DNA of 64,000 bases from Dehalococcoidia bacterium (GTDB taxonomy: Bacteria; Chloroflexota; Dehalococcoidia; SM23-28-2; RBG-16-64-32). Within the stretch, counting starts at the first letter, position 1, and each line of letters begins with the position of its first letter. A program made the translations under genes and the position numbers. Where the stretch lies: positions 384,001 through 448,000 of the forward strand of contig CAXXTF010000002.1 of the NCBI GenBank assembly GCA_963665775.2. The letters run 5' to 3'. Below are positions 30,707 to 40,898 of this stretch, one piece after another. Under the pieces are notes generated by a model that ran no database searches, was not told the DNA's origin, and was given only the letters and a program-made list of their open reading frames with translations.

Positions 30707-30757
30707 CGTGCTTTCTCCATCACTATATGTGCCATCTCGGAACCGGTTCTATTGTCC

Positions 30758-30785
30758 TAGACGGAGGGCGGCGGCAATTGGTTCC
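30758..30785 (-). promoter_or_regulatory. ECF-sigma-type promoter
   Basis: GGAACC-N16-CGTCTA upstream of 30706. Confidence 0.6.
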
Positions 30786-31043
30786 CGCCTCCACGCGCAT
30801 GCCGCTGCGCCGGCCGGATCGTTCAGGGTAACGGGGTGGTGCTTTGTCTGGTCGAGTGTGGTATGTAAGGGAAGGCGGACGAGTGATGAATTGGGGAGAG
30901 GGTCAGAAGGCCGTGTCGCCATCACGGCTGGGCTTCCGCGAGGCGTATGCCGCGCCGGTGACGAGTCACCTCCGAATTTCATCGGCCAACCGTGCGACAA
31001 ACTACCCTGCGAGTAGCTCTACGGTGTGGGGAGGAACGTACCT

Positions 31044-31931
31044 GTGGACGTTAAGTCGGCGCCTCTTTGCTTGGATAGCCCCGTCCGGTTTCGAGACCGT
31101 TGGGAGGGGCGGCTCTACGCCTTCGAGGTGAACGAAGCTTGGACGGTCATCAACCTCGTCATCAAGAGGGGGCTTCTCCGAACCGCGATCGTCAAGCTCC
31201 CCTTCTCCGGGGCCTCTGACTGGTCCGAGGACCATGTTTCCGTTGACCTCACGAGCGAAGGGGCGTTCGGCCGGCAGCCGCCGCCGGTGGTGGTGCCAGG
31301 CCTTCTTCTCTCCAGAGATCTCGCCCTATCGGCAGGCGGGGCACATGTGGCTGGGGCCATCGTAGAGCGGGGGAGCCGGCGCATGAGGTGGCTGCTGATA
31401 CGACGGCGCGGCCTGGGGGCGTCCCGGGAGCGCGTGGTGGCCGTGGAGCAGCTAAGCTTCGAGGGCGAGAGTTTACGGCTGGGCGCCCAGATCGAGAGCC
31501 TTCCGATCTACCGTAGTGATGAAGGTCTACGCTCCCTGGTACGGGCGGCACTGGCTGGCCATCCCTATCTTACCGCCTCCGACAGGCGGGCCATTACGGT
31601 GGAAGTGTCGGACGGGATCGTCTGTCTAGCCGGCAACGTTCGGAACGCGCAGGCCCGGGCCTCGGCGGAGCAGGCCGCTGCTTCCGTGGACGGAACGACG
31701 AGCTTGCCGAGCCAGATCGTGGACGACATCCATCTGGAAGCGGCGTTGGCCCAGGCTCTGGACAAGGCGGGTCTGCTTCGCTCCGCGGAGGTTTATCCCC
31801 GCTCGCTGCTGGGCGAGGTTACGCTGTTCGGCCAGGCGTCCTCGGCCCCTGTCGCGGAGGACGTACATCGCGTTGCCCTACAGGTGCCGGGCGTGCGTTC
31901 GGTGACCGCGCGCCTCGATCTACGGAGGTAG
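31044..31931 (+). CDS. BON-domain protein (two BON domains, PRC-barrel-like N-terminus)
   Basis: ITVEVSDGIVCLAGNV and GEVTLFG...VPGVRSV patterns. Confidence 0.8.
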   Translation: MDVKSAPLCLDSPVRFRDRWEGRLYAFEVNEAWTVINLVIKRGLLRTAIVKLPFSGASDWSEDHVSVDLTSEGAFGRQPPPVVVPGLLLSRDLALSAGGAHVAGAIVERGSRRMRWLLIRRRGLGASRERVVAVEQLSFEGESLRLGAQIESLPIYRSDEGLRSLVRAALAGHPYLTASDRRAITVEVSDGIVCLAGNVRNAQARASAEQAAASVDGTTSLPSQIVDDIHLEAALAQALDKAGLLRSAEVYPRSLLGEVTLFGQASSAPVAEDVHRVALQVPGVRSVTARLDLRR

Positions 31932-32028
31932 CGTCGAGGGCCACCGGACTCCTCCGCCTTCGTGCTCCGCCGGGGGTGCGCTTACGGCAGACGGTCGGGG
32001 GGTCATGCTATCATAGGCGCGAGTAACC

Positions 32029-32769
32029 TTGATCTTCTTTCGCTATCTTGACCGATTAGACAACGATCCGTTCGCGGCGCTCGTCTTCTTCGGAGCCCTA
32101 GCCACGGCCCTGGTGGCCGGCATCTCGTTCCACGAGTTCTCGCACGCGTACGTAGCCGATAGACTGGGCGACAGGCTGCCCCGTAGACTGGGCCGCGTTA
32201 CTTTGAATCCGCTGGCACATCTGGATCCTGCCGGGACGATCTTGCTGTTCCTGGTGGGCTTTGGCTGGGGGAAGCCGGTAATGGTTAACCCCGGCGCAAC
32301 CCGCAACCCCAAGGCTACTATGGCTATCGTGGCTGGGGCCGGACCTGTCTCCAACTTCTTTGTGGCCGCGGTGGCTGGACTTCCCCTCAACTTCGGCTGG
32401 GTACCCTGGCTCTCTCCCTTTAACCTGCGCGTCATTGACCGCTATCTGTTCGTCGGATTCGGCTTCGAGGAGTACGTGGGGCTATATCTCAGTGCGCTCG
32501 TCCTGATCAGCGTCATCTTGGGCGTCTTCAACCTCCTCCCCCTGTTCCCCCTGGACGGCCATCGCGTCGTCCCCGCTTTTCTCAGCGACCGGTCCGCTGT
32601 CTCGTACATGCAATTCCAGGCCCGCTATGGCCTGGTTGTCCTGATCGTCCTCATCGCCCTCCCGTTCCTGACGGGCGGTGATTTCGGTATCCTGTTCGAG
32701 GTGATGAGCCCCATCATCAACGCGCTGGCCCGGCTGTTCGCCGGGATCGATGGCGATGCCTTCGGCTAG
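32029..32769 (+). CDS. Site-2 protease (M50) family
   Basis: HEFSH, NPLAHLDP, GWGKPV and NLLPLFPLDG motifs. Confidence 0.92.
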   Translation: MIFFRYLDRLDNDPFAALVFFGALATALVAGISFHEFSHAYVADRLGDRLPRRLGRVTLNPLAHLDPAGTILLFLVGFGWGKPVMVNPGATRNPKATMAIVAGAGPVSNFFVAAVAGLPLNFGWVPWLSPFNLRVIDRYLFVGFGFEEYVGLYLSALVLISVILGVFNLLPLFPLDGHRVVPAFLSDRSAVSYMQFQARYGLVVLIVLIALPFLTGGDFGILFEVMSPIINALARLFAGIDGDAFG

Positions 32770-32931
32770 CTGGGCCCTCTACCGGGCACGACGGTCTGTC
32801 ACCGCCCTCCGGCCTCGCGTCAGGTAGGCCGAACGAGAGGCGTCGGCTCCAGGTGGCTGACAACTGCTGCTGATGCGGTCACCCACCCATCTGCAATTGT
32901 GAGGCGAAGGTCATCGTGCTAAGCTCGTGAT

Positions 32932-34062
32932 ATGGCTATAAGGAAAAAGAAAAAGCAGGAGACAAGACGCGTAACCATCATCGGAACGGGGCTTATCGGC
33001 AGCTCTCTAGGGTTGGCCCTGAAGGCGGCAAAGCTGGAGAACGTCGAGGTCGTGGGGCATGACTGGGAGCGCGACACAGCGACTCGAGCTCATCGTAAAG
33101 GCGCCATCGATAAGGTAGAGCACAATCTTCGCCGGGCCGTGACTGAGGCGAGGATGGTGATTATCGCCACGCCGGTGTTGGCCGTGCGCGAGGTGATGTC
33201 GCAGATAGCAGCTGATCTGGCGGACGGGGCTGTCGTGACCGACACGGCGAGCACGAAGGTGCAGGTGATGCAGTGGGCCGAGGAGTTGCTCCCAGCGCAC
33301 GCCACCTTCGTGGGAGGGCACCCGATGGCTGGCAAAGAGATGTCCGGCCCTGATCACGCGGAAGCGACACTGTTGAGCGGCAGTGCCTACGCCATCTGTC
33401 CGGCTGTGAGCGCAGGGGAAGAGGCGGTGCAGAGCGTGCTGAGCCTGGCTCAGGTGGCGGAAGCGGAACCACTCTTCCTTGACCCCGAGGAGCACGACCA
33501 GCTTGCGGCGGCCGTGAGCCACCTTCCTCTTCTCCTCTCCACGGCGCTCTTCACACTCCTTCGCTCGAGCCCTTCCTGGGATGACATGGCGTCTATGGCT
33601 TCGACCGGGTTCAAGGATCTGACGCGCCTGGCTTCCGGCAATCCCCGCGTGAACCACGACATTCTTGTCACTAACCGGGAGGCCTGCATTCACTGGCTGG
33701 AGCGCGTGGTCGCGGAACTGGGTCGGTTTCGTGACCTGCTGCAGGACGCCGGGGATGAGGCGCTGCTGGAGGCGATCGGCGGCGCCCAGATGGACCGCGA
33801 CGTTTTCCTGACGCAGCCGGTCAAGAGGCGCCCTCGGGCGACCCCACTGCCCGACGTGCGCAAGCAGCTGATCGATGCTCTCGTCGGAGGGTATATCGCG
33901 GATCGGGCGAGGCAGGTTCAGCAGCTGCCCCAGCGGGTGGCGGGGGCTCGGCGGGACGCGCCGGAGGAGAGCGAGGAGGTGCCTACGACCTCGATCGCCG
34001 AACGCATAGCCGAGGATGTGCGCCGGGACCTGGAGAAGCGCTCCGACAACAAAAAAGAGTGA
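32932..34062 (+). CDS. tyrA: Prephenate/arogenate dehydrogenase
   Basis: GTGLIGSS, GGHPMAG, HD...VSHLP and TRLAS motifs. Confidence 0.92.
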   Translation: MAIRKKKKQETRRVTIIGTGLIGSSLGLALKAAKLENVEVVGHDWERDTATRAHRKGAIDKVEHNLRRAVTEARMVIIATPVLAVREVMSQIAADLADGAVVTDTASTKVQVMQWAEELLPAHATFVGGHPMAGKEMSGPDHAEATLLSGSAYAICPAVSAGEEAVQSVLSLAQVAEAEPLFLDPEEHDQLAAAVSHLPLLLSTALFTLLRSSPSWDDMASMASTGFKDLTRLASGNPRVNHDILVTNREACIHWLERVVAELGRFRDLLQDAGDEALLEAIGGAQMDRDVFLTQPVKRRPRATPLPDVRKQLIDALVGGYIADRARQVQQLPQRVAGARRDAPEESEEVPTTSIAERIAEDVRRDLEKRSDNKKE

Positions 34063-34068
34063 GCGCCG

Positions 34069-35358
34069 ATGCAGCGCAGCGTCCATCTCTCGCGGGCCCT
34101 GCGGGGCACCGTCGTTCCGCCCGGCGATAAGTCAGTCTCCCATCGGGCCGCCATCTTCAACGCCATCACCGCCGGCGAAGCGGTCGTCGAAAACTTCCAG
34201 CGTGGTGCCGATTGCCTGGCCACCTTGAGCTGTCTGCGCCTCCTGGGGGTCGACTGGGCGTGGCGAGATGAGACTACCCTGCAGATAACCGGGCGCGGAC
34301 TGAACGGCCTTCGCGAGCCTGAATCCGTTCTGGACTGCCGCAACTCGGGGACCACAATGCGCCTGCTGAGCGGTCTCCTGGCGGCCCAGCCCTTCTTCTC
34401 AGTCCTGACGGGCGACGCCTCTCTGCGCCGGCGGCCCATGGGCCGTGTCATCGAGCCGTTGCGCCGGATGGGGGCCCATATCGACGGGCGGGAGAGTGAC
34501 AGCAGGGCACCCTTAGCGTTCAGGGGCGGCGCCCTGTGCGGGCTTCACTATCGCTCGCCCATGGCCTCGGCGCAAGTGAAGTCGGCCCTGCTGCTGGCAG
34601 GCCTGTACGCCGAGGGCGAGACCGTGATCGAGGAGCCCGCGCCCAGCCGCGATCATACGGAACGCATGCTGCGGGCCATGGGTGCCGAGATAGAGTGTGG
34701 CGAAGGGCTCGTGCGGGTGGCCTACCAGAACGAGGAGCTGAACCCTATCTCCCTGCGGGTACCCGGGGACATCTCCGCTGCCGCAGCCTGGCTGGTGCTC
34801 GCCGCCCTGCACCCGGAGGCGGAGGTGCGGATCGCTGGCGTGGGCCTGAACCCCACCCGCAGCGGCGTGCTGGACGTCCTCCGCATGATGGGGGTCGACA
34901 TCCGTCTGGAAGAGGAGCGTAGCTGGGGTCCGGAGCCCGTGGCCGACATAGTCGTGCGCTCGTCGCGGCTGCGCGGGACGGTGATCGAGGGCGACCTGAT
35001 TCCGCGGACGATCGATGAGCTACCGCTGCTGGCCTTGGCGGGCTGTCTTGCCGAGGGCGAGACGGTGATCCGAGATGCCGCAGAGCTGCGGACTAAAGAG
35101 TCGGACCGGGTCGCGACGACGGCATCGGAGCTGCGGCGGTTGGGAGCCGAGGTAGAGGAGCGGGTGGATGGGTTGGTGGTGTGGGGTCCGCAGAGACTGC
35201 GGGGGAGCGTTGTCTCCTCGCATGGCGACCACCGGCTGGCGATGATGCTGGGCGTAGCAGGCGCTCTCGCTCAGGGCGAGACGATTATTCGCAGGGCAGG
35301 AGCGATTGCGGTATCATATCCTTGGTTTTGGCGGGATCTTGAGACGCTGGCGGGGTAG
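34069..35358 (+). CDS. aroA: EPSP synthase
   Basis: GDKSVSHR, NSGTTMRL, SAQVKSA and DHRLAM motifs. Confidence 0.97.
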   Translation: MQRSVHLSRALRGTVVPPGDKSVSHRAAIFNAITAGEAVVENFQRGADCLATLSCLRLLGVDWAWRDETTLQITGRGLNGLREPESVLDCRNSGTTMRLLSGLLAAQPFFSVLTGDASLRRRPMGRVIEPLRRMGAHIDGRESDSRAPLAFRGGALCGLHYRSPMASAQVKSALLLAGLYAEGETVIEEPAPSRDHTERMLRAMGAEIECGEGLVRVAYQNEELNPISLRVPGDISAAAAWLVLAALHPEAEVRIAGVGLNPTRSGVLDVLRMMGVDIRLEEERSWGPEPVADIVVRSSRLRGTVIEGDLIPRTIDELPLLALAGCLAEGETVIRDAAELRTKESDRVATTASELRRLGAEVEERVDGLVVWGPQRLRGSVVSSHGDHRLAMMLGVAGALAQGETIIRRAGAIAVSYPWFWRDLETLAG

Positions 35359-35411
35359 ACGAGGGGTTTAATCGCCGGGATCTAGGCCGGTGCTTTAAAA
35401 GGAGGGTCGCC

Positions 35412-35708
35412 ATGGTGCAGCAGACACTCCAGTGCCAGTACGGGGCCGAGTTCGTTCATGCGGGGTTCGGTAACTACGTCGCGATGAACCGAGTGGTGGC
35501 TATCGTGACGCCCGGATCGGCGCCGATCCAGAGGCTGATCCGTGATGCTAAGAAGAAGGGGAGTATCATCGACCAGACCAGCGGGCGCAGGACCAAAGCC
35601 GCCGTCTTTACCGATACGGGCCAGATCATTCTCCTGGCGATCACGCCGGAGGCGGTAGCGGGCCGCGTGCGCACAACGCGGGCCAGCCGTCCCGCTCAAG
35701 CAGAGTAG
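35412..35708 (+). CDS. remA: RemA/DUF370 family regulator
   Basis: GFGNYV...RVVAIV, SAPIQRL and GRRTKA motifs; upstream of gmk. Confidence 0.88.
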   Translation: MVQQTLQCQYGAEFVHAGFGNYVAMNRVVAIVTPGSAPIQRLIRDAKKKGSIIDQTSGRRTKAAVFTDTGQIILLAITPEAVAGRVRTTRASRPAQAE

Positions 35709-35711
35709 GCG

Positions 35712-36302
35712 GTGGCAGACGCCCCCCTCCTGGTCGTCATCACCGGGCCTTCGGGGGCCGGGAAAGACTCGCTGCTGGCGCATCTGAAAGCCGCGGGTTG
35801 GCCGTATTACTACGCGCTGACGGCGACCACCCGTCCTCCGAGGAGCAGGGAGCGGGGCGGTGTCGACTATCATTTCGTCTCGGCTGACGGGTTCGAGTTG
35901 ATGCTTCAGCAAGGCGAGTTACTGGAGAACGCCGTCGTGTACGGTCAGCGCTACGGCGTCCCCAGGGCACCCATCCGCAAGGCTCTTGACGAAGGTAAAG
36001 GTGTGCTCCTGCGCACGGACGTACAGGGAGCACGGTACATCAAGTCGATCATCCCTTCGACGGTCACCGTCTTCCTGATCCCCCCCTCCTCTGAGGAGCT
36101 GGAGCGGCGGCTACGCTCCCGGGCTGAGGATTCCCCTGAGCAGATGGAGCTGCGGCTACGCACCGCCCGCCAGGAGATGGAGGTAGCGGCGGAGTTCGAT
36201 CACCAGCTCGTCAACGACGATCTCGCCCGCTGCGCCGCCGAGCTGGAGACGATCCTGGCCCAAGAGCGGGCGCGGCCTGGTCGTAAACCGGCCTTGGTCT
36301 AG
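35712..36302 (+). CDS. gmk: Guanylate kinase
   Basis: [20 protein letters not shown] and DVQGA motifs. Confidence 0.96.
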   Translation: MADAPLLVVITGPSGAGKDSLLAHLKAAGWPYYYALTATTRPPRSRERGGVDYHFVSADGFELMLQQGELLENAVVYGQRYGVPRAPIRKALDEGKGVLLRTDVQGARYIKSIIPSTVTVFLIPPSSEELERRLRSRAEDSPEQMELRLRTARQEMEVAAEFDHQLVNDDLARCAAELETILAQERARPGRKPALV

Positions 36303-36361
36303 GCGCCAACAGCGAGATCGATTGACGGCGTTGTCCGTCCTTGTTAGGATGAGCCGACGTT

Positions 36362-36991
36362 ATGGGCGCTCCTCCCACCTTCGCTGTCGAACGGTCCCTC
36401 TGGGGACGGGGACTCAACCTGATAGCGGGCGTGGATGAGGTGGGGCGAGGGCCGCTGGCCGGCCCGGTCGCTGCCGGCGCCGTGATCCTTCCTCCGGATG
36501 CCCGCTTTAGCTGGCTGCCCTACGTTCGCGATAGCAAACAGCTGACCGCCGCCGCCCGCACTGATATCGCGCCCTCGATATGGCGGGACGCCATCGCCGC
36601 CGCCGTCGCCTTCGTTCCCGTCGCGAGCGTCGACCGATTGGGCATCGCCGAGGCCACTCGGTTGGCCATGCTCCAGGCCGTGAACGATCTCTCCGGCCGT
36701 CCCGAGCATCTCCTCATCGACGCTTTCCGCATCAACACATGCTCTCTGCCCCAGACTCCTATCATCCGCGGCGATGAGAGCTCTCTCTCCATCGCCTGCG
36801 CCTCTATCATCGCCAAGGTGGCCCGTGATCGTTTCATGGAGGAGCAGGACGGCTGCTACCCGGGCTACGGCTTCCGTCGCAACAAGGGGTATGGCACTCC
36901 CAAGCACCTGGAAGCCCTGCAACGGCTCGGCCCCTGCGATCTGCATCGGCGTTCCTTTGCGCCGGTCCGCGATATGCTGGCTCGACCATGA
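36362..36991 (+). CDS. rnhB: Ribonuclease HII
   Basis: [18 protein letters not shown] and [10 protein letters not shown] motifs. Confidence 0.96.
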   Translation: MGAPPTFAVERSLWGRGLNLIAGVDEVGRGPLAGPVAAGAVILPPDARFSWLPYVRDSKQLTAAARTDIAPSIWRDAIAAAVAFVPVASVDRLGIAEATRLAMLQAVNDLSGRPEHLLIDAFRINTCSLPQTPIIRGDESSLSIACASIIAKVARDRFMEEQDGCYPGYGFRRNKGYGTPKHLEALQRLGPCDLHRRSFAPVRDMLARP

Positions 36992-37338
36992 CCAATTCCC
37001 GCCAGCGGCTGGGCCGGTTCGGCGAGCGGCTTGCCGTTCAGCACCTGCTCGCCAAGGGCTACCGCACGCGAGAGGGTGAGATTGACATAATCGCTGAGGG
37101 CGACGGTGTCCTCGCCTTCGTCGAGGTGCGGGCCCGCCGTGGCGACGCGATGGGTTCGGCGCTGGAATCGCTGACCCCGGCGAAGCAGCGCCGCCTTGTC
37201 GCCCTCGCTGAGGCGTACGCTCAGGACCGGACCGATCTGCCGCCGGGGCAACGTATAGACCTCATCGCTCTGGAGATCGCCGCGGACGGCCGGGTGCTAT
37301 CGCTGCGCCACATCGAGGGTGCTGTCTGGGGAGAGTGA
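36988..37338 (+). CDS. yraN: YraN family (PD-(D/E)XK) protein, probably with a short internal deletion
   Basis: GEIDIIA and FVEVRAR motifs; GYR runs directly into TREGEID. Confidence 0.85.
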   Translation: MTNSRQRLGRFGERLAVQHLLAKGYRTREGEIDIIAEGDGVLAFVEVRARRGDAMGSALESLTPAKQRRLVALAEAYAQDRTDLPPGQRIDLIALEIAADGRVLSLRHIEGAVWGE

Positions 37339-37367
37339 GCACCCGTTTCTGGTAAAGTGGGTTCGAT

Positions 37368-38150
37368 ATGGCCAGTCCCAGGGCTCTCCTCGGTTCACTG
37401 ATCCTCCTGCCTCTCCTCCTGTTGACCATCGCGGCCTGTAGCAAGACCGAGGCGCCGCCACTAGAGGGAGTGATCGAGAAGGCGTCTGCCGCCGCCCAGG
37501 AGGTTACGTCCTACCATTTCACGTGGTCGATCACCCTGTCTGCCGAAGGTATAGGCGAGTTCGATGTGGGCGAGATTGAGGGAGACTATCTTGCCCCTGA
37601 CCGGGCGTGGGTGCGGGCCATCCCCGGGGAAGAGCAGATAATTATAGGCAGGAAGTGGTACCGCAGGGACTCGGAATCGTCCGACTGGAGGGTGCATGAC
37701 CTCTCGGAGGGGATGCTGCCAGCCATGGGGTACGGATACTTCGTGGATCCCCAGGCCAACCTGTATAACCTAACGTACCCGAATGAAGACGTGGTCTGGC
37801 TTTCGGATGAGGTCATCGATGGCGTTGACACCTGGCACTACAGGAGAACGGTTGACCTTCTTGAGGGCCGCATCGAGGAGATCGAGGCGGAGACCGACCC
37901 AGCGGAGAAAGAGATGATGCAGGCCATACTTGATTCGCTCATAGATGTGGAGATAACACTGGAGATGGAGGGGTGGATCGGGAAAGATGACTTCCTGGTC
38001 AGGCAAATCAGGGGCGTGCAGTCTGTGAAGGCGCTGAGTACGGACGAGATATTCGAGATCGCTATCCCCGAGGGAACCCGCTACACCGTTATGATGACGA
38101 TAACGCTCTCCGACTTCAACGCGCCGGTGGAGATCGAAGCGCCTTTCTGA
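37368..38150 (+). CDS. Lipoprotein, LppX/LprAFG-like
   Basis: Lipobox IAAC, WIGKDDFLVRQ, C-terminal DFNAPVEIEAP. Confidence 0.7.
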   Translation: MASPRALLGSLILLPLLLLTIAACSKTEAPPLEGVIEKASAAAQEVTSYHFTWSITLSAEGIGEFDVGEIEGDYLAPDRAWVRAIPGEEQIIIGRKWYRRDSESSDWRVHDLSEGMLPAMGYGYFVDPQANLYNLTYPNEDVVWLSDEVIDGVDTWHYRRTVDLLEGRIEEIEAETDPAEKEMMQAILDSLIDVEITLEMEGWIGKDDFLVRQIRGVQSVKALSTDEIFEIAIPEGTRYTVMMTITLSDFNAPVEIEAPF

Positions 38151-38204
38151 TCGGTGTCCCATCTGGTAGCGCCGCCCTGCCGCTCGGCGCTGCTCAGGAG
38201 CGGA

Positions 38205-39248
38205 TCATTCGTCGCCCAGGGGCAGCATCTCCTTGGACCGTCGTGCGCTGGCCGCCGCCGGTTTTCGGCCTCGCCTCCCGTTGTCGAATATCGTCCCACT
38301 CACGTAACCCTTCGCCACGGCCTTGACGAACCCCAGCTTGTCGTTGTCCACCTGAGAACAGCGGAAGGCGCACCCGACCGAGCACCCTTCCTCGCAGCCC
38401 TTGAGAGTCCTCGATTGCTGTTTCAAGTCCTGCACGGTGTACTCTTCAATGGGCCTGGCCAGGCGGCCCATCTGGGAGGCGCATAGCTGGACGTTGCCGA
38501 TCTCGTCTACGTACAGGTAGCGGGCGCCGGCGCGGCATTTCCAGGACGGCTTCTCCCCCTGGAGGAGCTTCCTGCTGTAGTCGTAGTCGATGTATGTAAA
38601 GGGCTTGCTGCCCTTCCGATAGAAATCCTCGTATAGGTCGATGTATGGTTGGCCGCCAATCGTCACCTGACCGGTATCGTCGTGGATCAGGTTTATTGAC
38701 ATCCGCAGGCCCAGCGCCTCGATCTCCTCCGCCAGCTCCATGAAGTCGTCTTTCGTCGCCTCGCACAGTACGGCCGTTACGTGGACATCAAAGCGAGCGA
38801 GGCGCCTGAGCCGCTCCAGCCTGGTCCGCAGCGACCGGAGCGATTTCTGGATGTAGCGGCTGGGGTCTGCCTTCAGGCTATCGATGCTGACGGTGAGGTT
38901 GTTGAGCCCGGCTTCGTTCAGCTTCTCGATGATCCCGTTCCGGAGCAGAAAGCCATTGGTGACGATGCTCGTGTTCGATAGCCGTCCGGAATAGGCGACA
39001 ATCTCCGCCAGATGGGGGTGTGTCAGGGGCTCGCCGCCCAGTAGGGTGATGTTGGCGGCTCTCAGCCGGTGCAGCGCGTCGATCCGGCGCTGGAGGTCTG
39101 CCAGGGGTACCGGCTCCGAGCTGTCGTCGTACTCGGAGCAGTAGCCACAGCTCAGGTTGCAGCGGCGGGTGATGATGAGCTGCGCATCCAGCGGCGCGTT
39201 GAGGAACAGGACGCGGGCCAGGAACTGGGGCAGGTTTTTAACCTGCAT
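38205..39248 (-). CDS. Radical SAM enzyme with C-terminal SPASM/twitch-like cysteines
   Basis: CNLSCGYC, GGEP and TNG motifs; CRAG...C and CEEGCSVGC. Confidence 0.9.
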   Translation of the reverse strand: MQVKNLPQFLARVLFLNAPLDAQLIITRRCNLSCGYCSEYDDSSEPVPLADLQRRIDALHRLRAANITLLGGEPLTHPHLAEIVAYSGRLSNTSIVTNGFLLRNGIIEKLNEAGLNNLTVSIDSLKADPSRYIQKSLRSLRTRLERLRRLARFDVHVTAVLCEATKDDFMELAEEIEALGLRMSINLIHDDTGQVTIGGQPYIDLYEDFYRKGSKPFTYIDYDYSRKLLQGEKPSWKCRAGARYLYVDEIGNVQLCASQMGRLARPIEEYTVQDLKQQSRTLKGCEEGCSVGCAFRCSQVDNDKLGFVKAVAKGYVSGTIFDNGRRGRKPAAASARRSKEMLPLGDE

Positions 39249-39298
39249 GCACGGCGCTCCTCCCGGCCGGCGCGCAGCGGATCAGGTTGAGGGATGCC

Positions 39299-40234
39299 CT
39301 ATGCAGCGCCAGTCCCCTGGTTAGACACCTGCGAAGGCCCTGAGGTCTCAGCGAGCCCGGCCAGCCAGTAGAGCCAACTCTTCCAGGCCTTGTGTGCGGT
39401 GGCTGCGCCGTTGCGGGCAAAGTGCCGACGAACGAGCTCCCGCACGCCGAAGGCGATGATCAGCCCGATGGCCACTACCAGCAGGCCGGCGGCGGCATCC
39501 AAGAAATAGTGGTTCGCCGTCATGATTATGTCGGTGAACATGGCGAAGGGCATCAGCACGGCAAAGGCTCGTATCAATAGCGCGCGCGATGCCAGCCACA
39601 TCGAGAAGCCCACCAGCAGGTTCCAGCCGAAGTGGAGGCTGGGCATGGCAGCGTATTCGTTGACGAAGAAGGCCGGCGTAAGCGGTCGTCCGGTGTCGTA
39701 CTGGTTCACGATAGTGTCGACAAAGCCGAACTCCGGCAAGAAGCGTGGGGGCGCCACCGGAAAGGAGACGTACACTGCAAGTCCTATCGCTCCTGAGATG
39801 AGGAAGGCGTTCCGCATTATCAGATACTGCGGGCGGTGCCAGAAGTACAGCCAGACGGCCAGGGCGCCGATAATCGGGAGGTGACCGTAGAGGTAGAAGC
39901 CGTTTAGCAGCTGGAGAAGCCACTCGTACGAGAGCACCCAACCCTGGACTTCCACCTCCCAGAAGATGCCTATGCTCTTCTCCAGCCTGATCAGATCGGC
40001 GCCTCGGGCGAGGGCCTCGCCGACGCGCTCGTGGGCGAAGCCTCGTACCAGGTAATAGAGGGGAAGGACTGAAACCAGGAGCAGGATTTCGGCGATGTCT
40101 TTCTTGCGTGGCCGCCAAGCCAATACTGCGTTCATGTTACTTCGCCATCTCTGAGAGAGCCTCAGGGCCAATCGGCCCTGGCCCTCTTTACCGCCCTGAG
40201 CGTTATCGCCTTGTGGGTTGGGAACCGCACACAT
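39299..40234 (-). CDS. PAP2/AUR1 (inositol phosphorylceramide synthase-like) membrane protein
   Basis: PVAPPR, AAMPSLHFGW and TANHYFLD motifs; true start may be 40135. Confidence 0.88.
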   Translation of the reverse strand: MCAVPNPQGDNAQGGKEGQGRLALRLSQRWRSNMNAVLAWRPRKKDIAEILLLVSVLPLYYLVRGFAHERVGEALARGADLIRLEKSIGIFWEVEVQGWVLSYEWLLQLLNGFYLYGHLPIIGALAVWLYFWHRPQYLIMRNAFLISGAIGLAVYVSFPVAPPRFLPEFGFVDTIVNQYDTGRPLTPAFFVNEYAAMPSLHFGWNLLVGFSMWLASRALLIRAFAVLMPFAMFTDIIMTANHYFLDAAAGLLVVAIGLIIAFGVRELVRRHFARNGAATAHKAWKSWLYWLAGLAETSGPSQVSNQGTGAA

Positions 40235-40432
40235 AGAAGCAGCCCTCCCTGCACCGAATCTGCGGCAGACGAGGCTTCACCGTTTCCCCTACATTATCAT
40301 ACAGTTGCCCGGTCAGCCAAGCCAAGGCTCGCACCCGATCCGGTAATCTTGTGCTGTCCGCCAGCGCACCGTAGGGCTGCGGCGCCCTTTTCGTTGACAG
40401 GCGCTCGAAGGGGGAGGATGATGATAAACGAT

Positions 40433-40672
40433 ATGAGCGTTCCTGCGGACTTGGTGCGGGAGCTAGCCGAGAGGTACGGCGGCAACTTAAGCCTGACCAG
40501 TAGGGAGACCAAAACCCCCTTGGGCACGCTCGTCACCATCAAAGATGGGGCACAGCCAAAGTGGGATACTATGTGTCGCCTCGTCACTGCCCTTGGCTAC
40601 TCTTTCACCGATACAGACTTCGCTGAGAAGTTGGACGCGGACCGCGACGCAGGCCCAGTCTTAGTGCAATAG
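40433..40672 (+). CDS. Small HTH (XRE-like) protein
   Basis: 79 aa with NLSLTSRETKTPLGTLVTIKDG..PKWDTMCRLVTALG; TTGACA upstream. Confidence 0.55.
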   Translation: MSVPADLVRELAERYGGNLSLTSRETKTPLGTLVTIKDGAQPKWDTMCRLVTALGYSFTDTDFAEKLDADRDAGPVLVQ

Positions 40673-40679
40673 AGAGGAT

Positions 40680-40754
40680 GGCGGGGTAGCTCAACGGTAG
40701 AGCAGCGGACTCATAAGCCGCATGTTGTGGGTTCGATTCCCACCCCCGTCACCA
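40680..40754 (+). tRNA. tRNA-Met(CAT), probably elongator
   Basis: GGCGGGG acceptor, ctCATaa loop, GGTTCGATTCC, CCA end. Confidence 0.92.
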
Positions 40755-40787
40755 ACCCAGACTTCTCTTTCTGATTGCGCTAGGGCA

Positions 40788-40832
40788 TTCATAAGCCCTG
40801 TGTCGTGGGTTCGAATCCCACTCCTGCCACCA
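40788..40832 (+). repeat. 3' half of a second tRNA-Met (att-like scar)
   Basis: TTCATAAGCCCTGTGTCGTGGGTTCGAATCCCACTCCTGCCACCA with no D-arm or 5' acceptor strand. Confidence 0.8.
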
Positions 40833-40898
40833 GCAGCCGCCGTTTCCCCAGCGTTGCCGCGGTCGTCATCGGCCCTTCAGGTTTCCAGAAGGAGTCCC

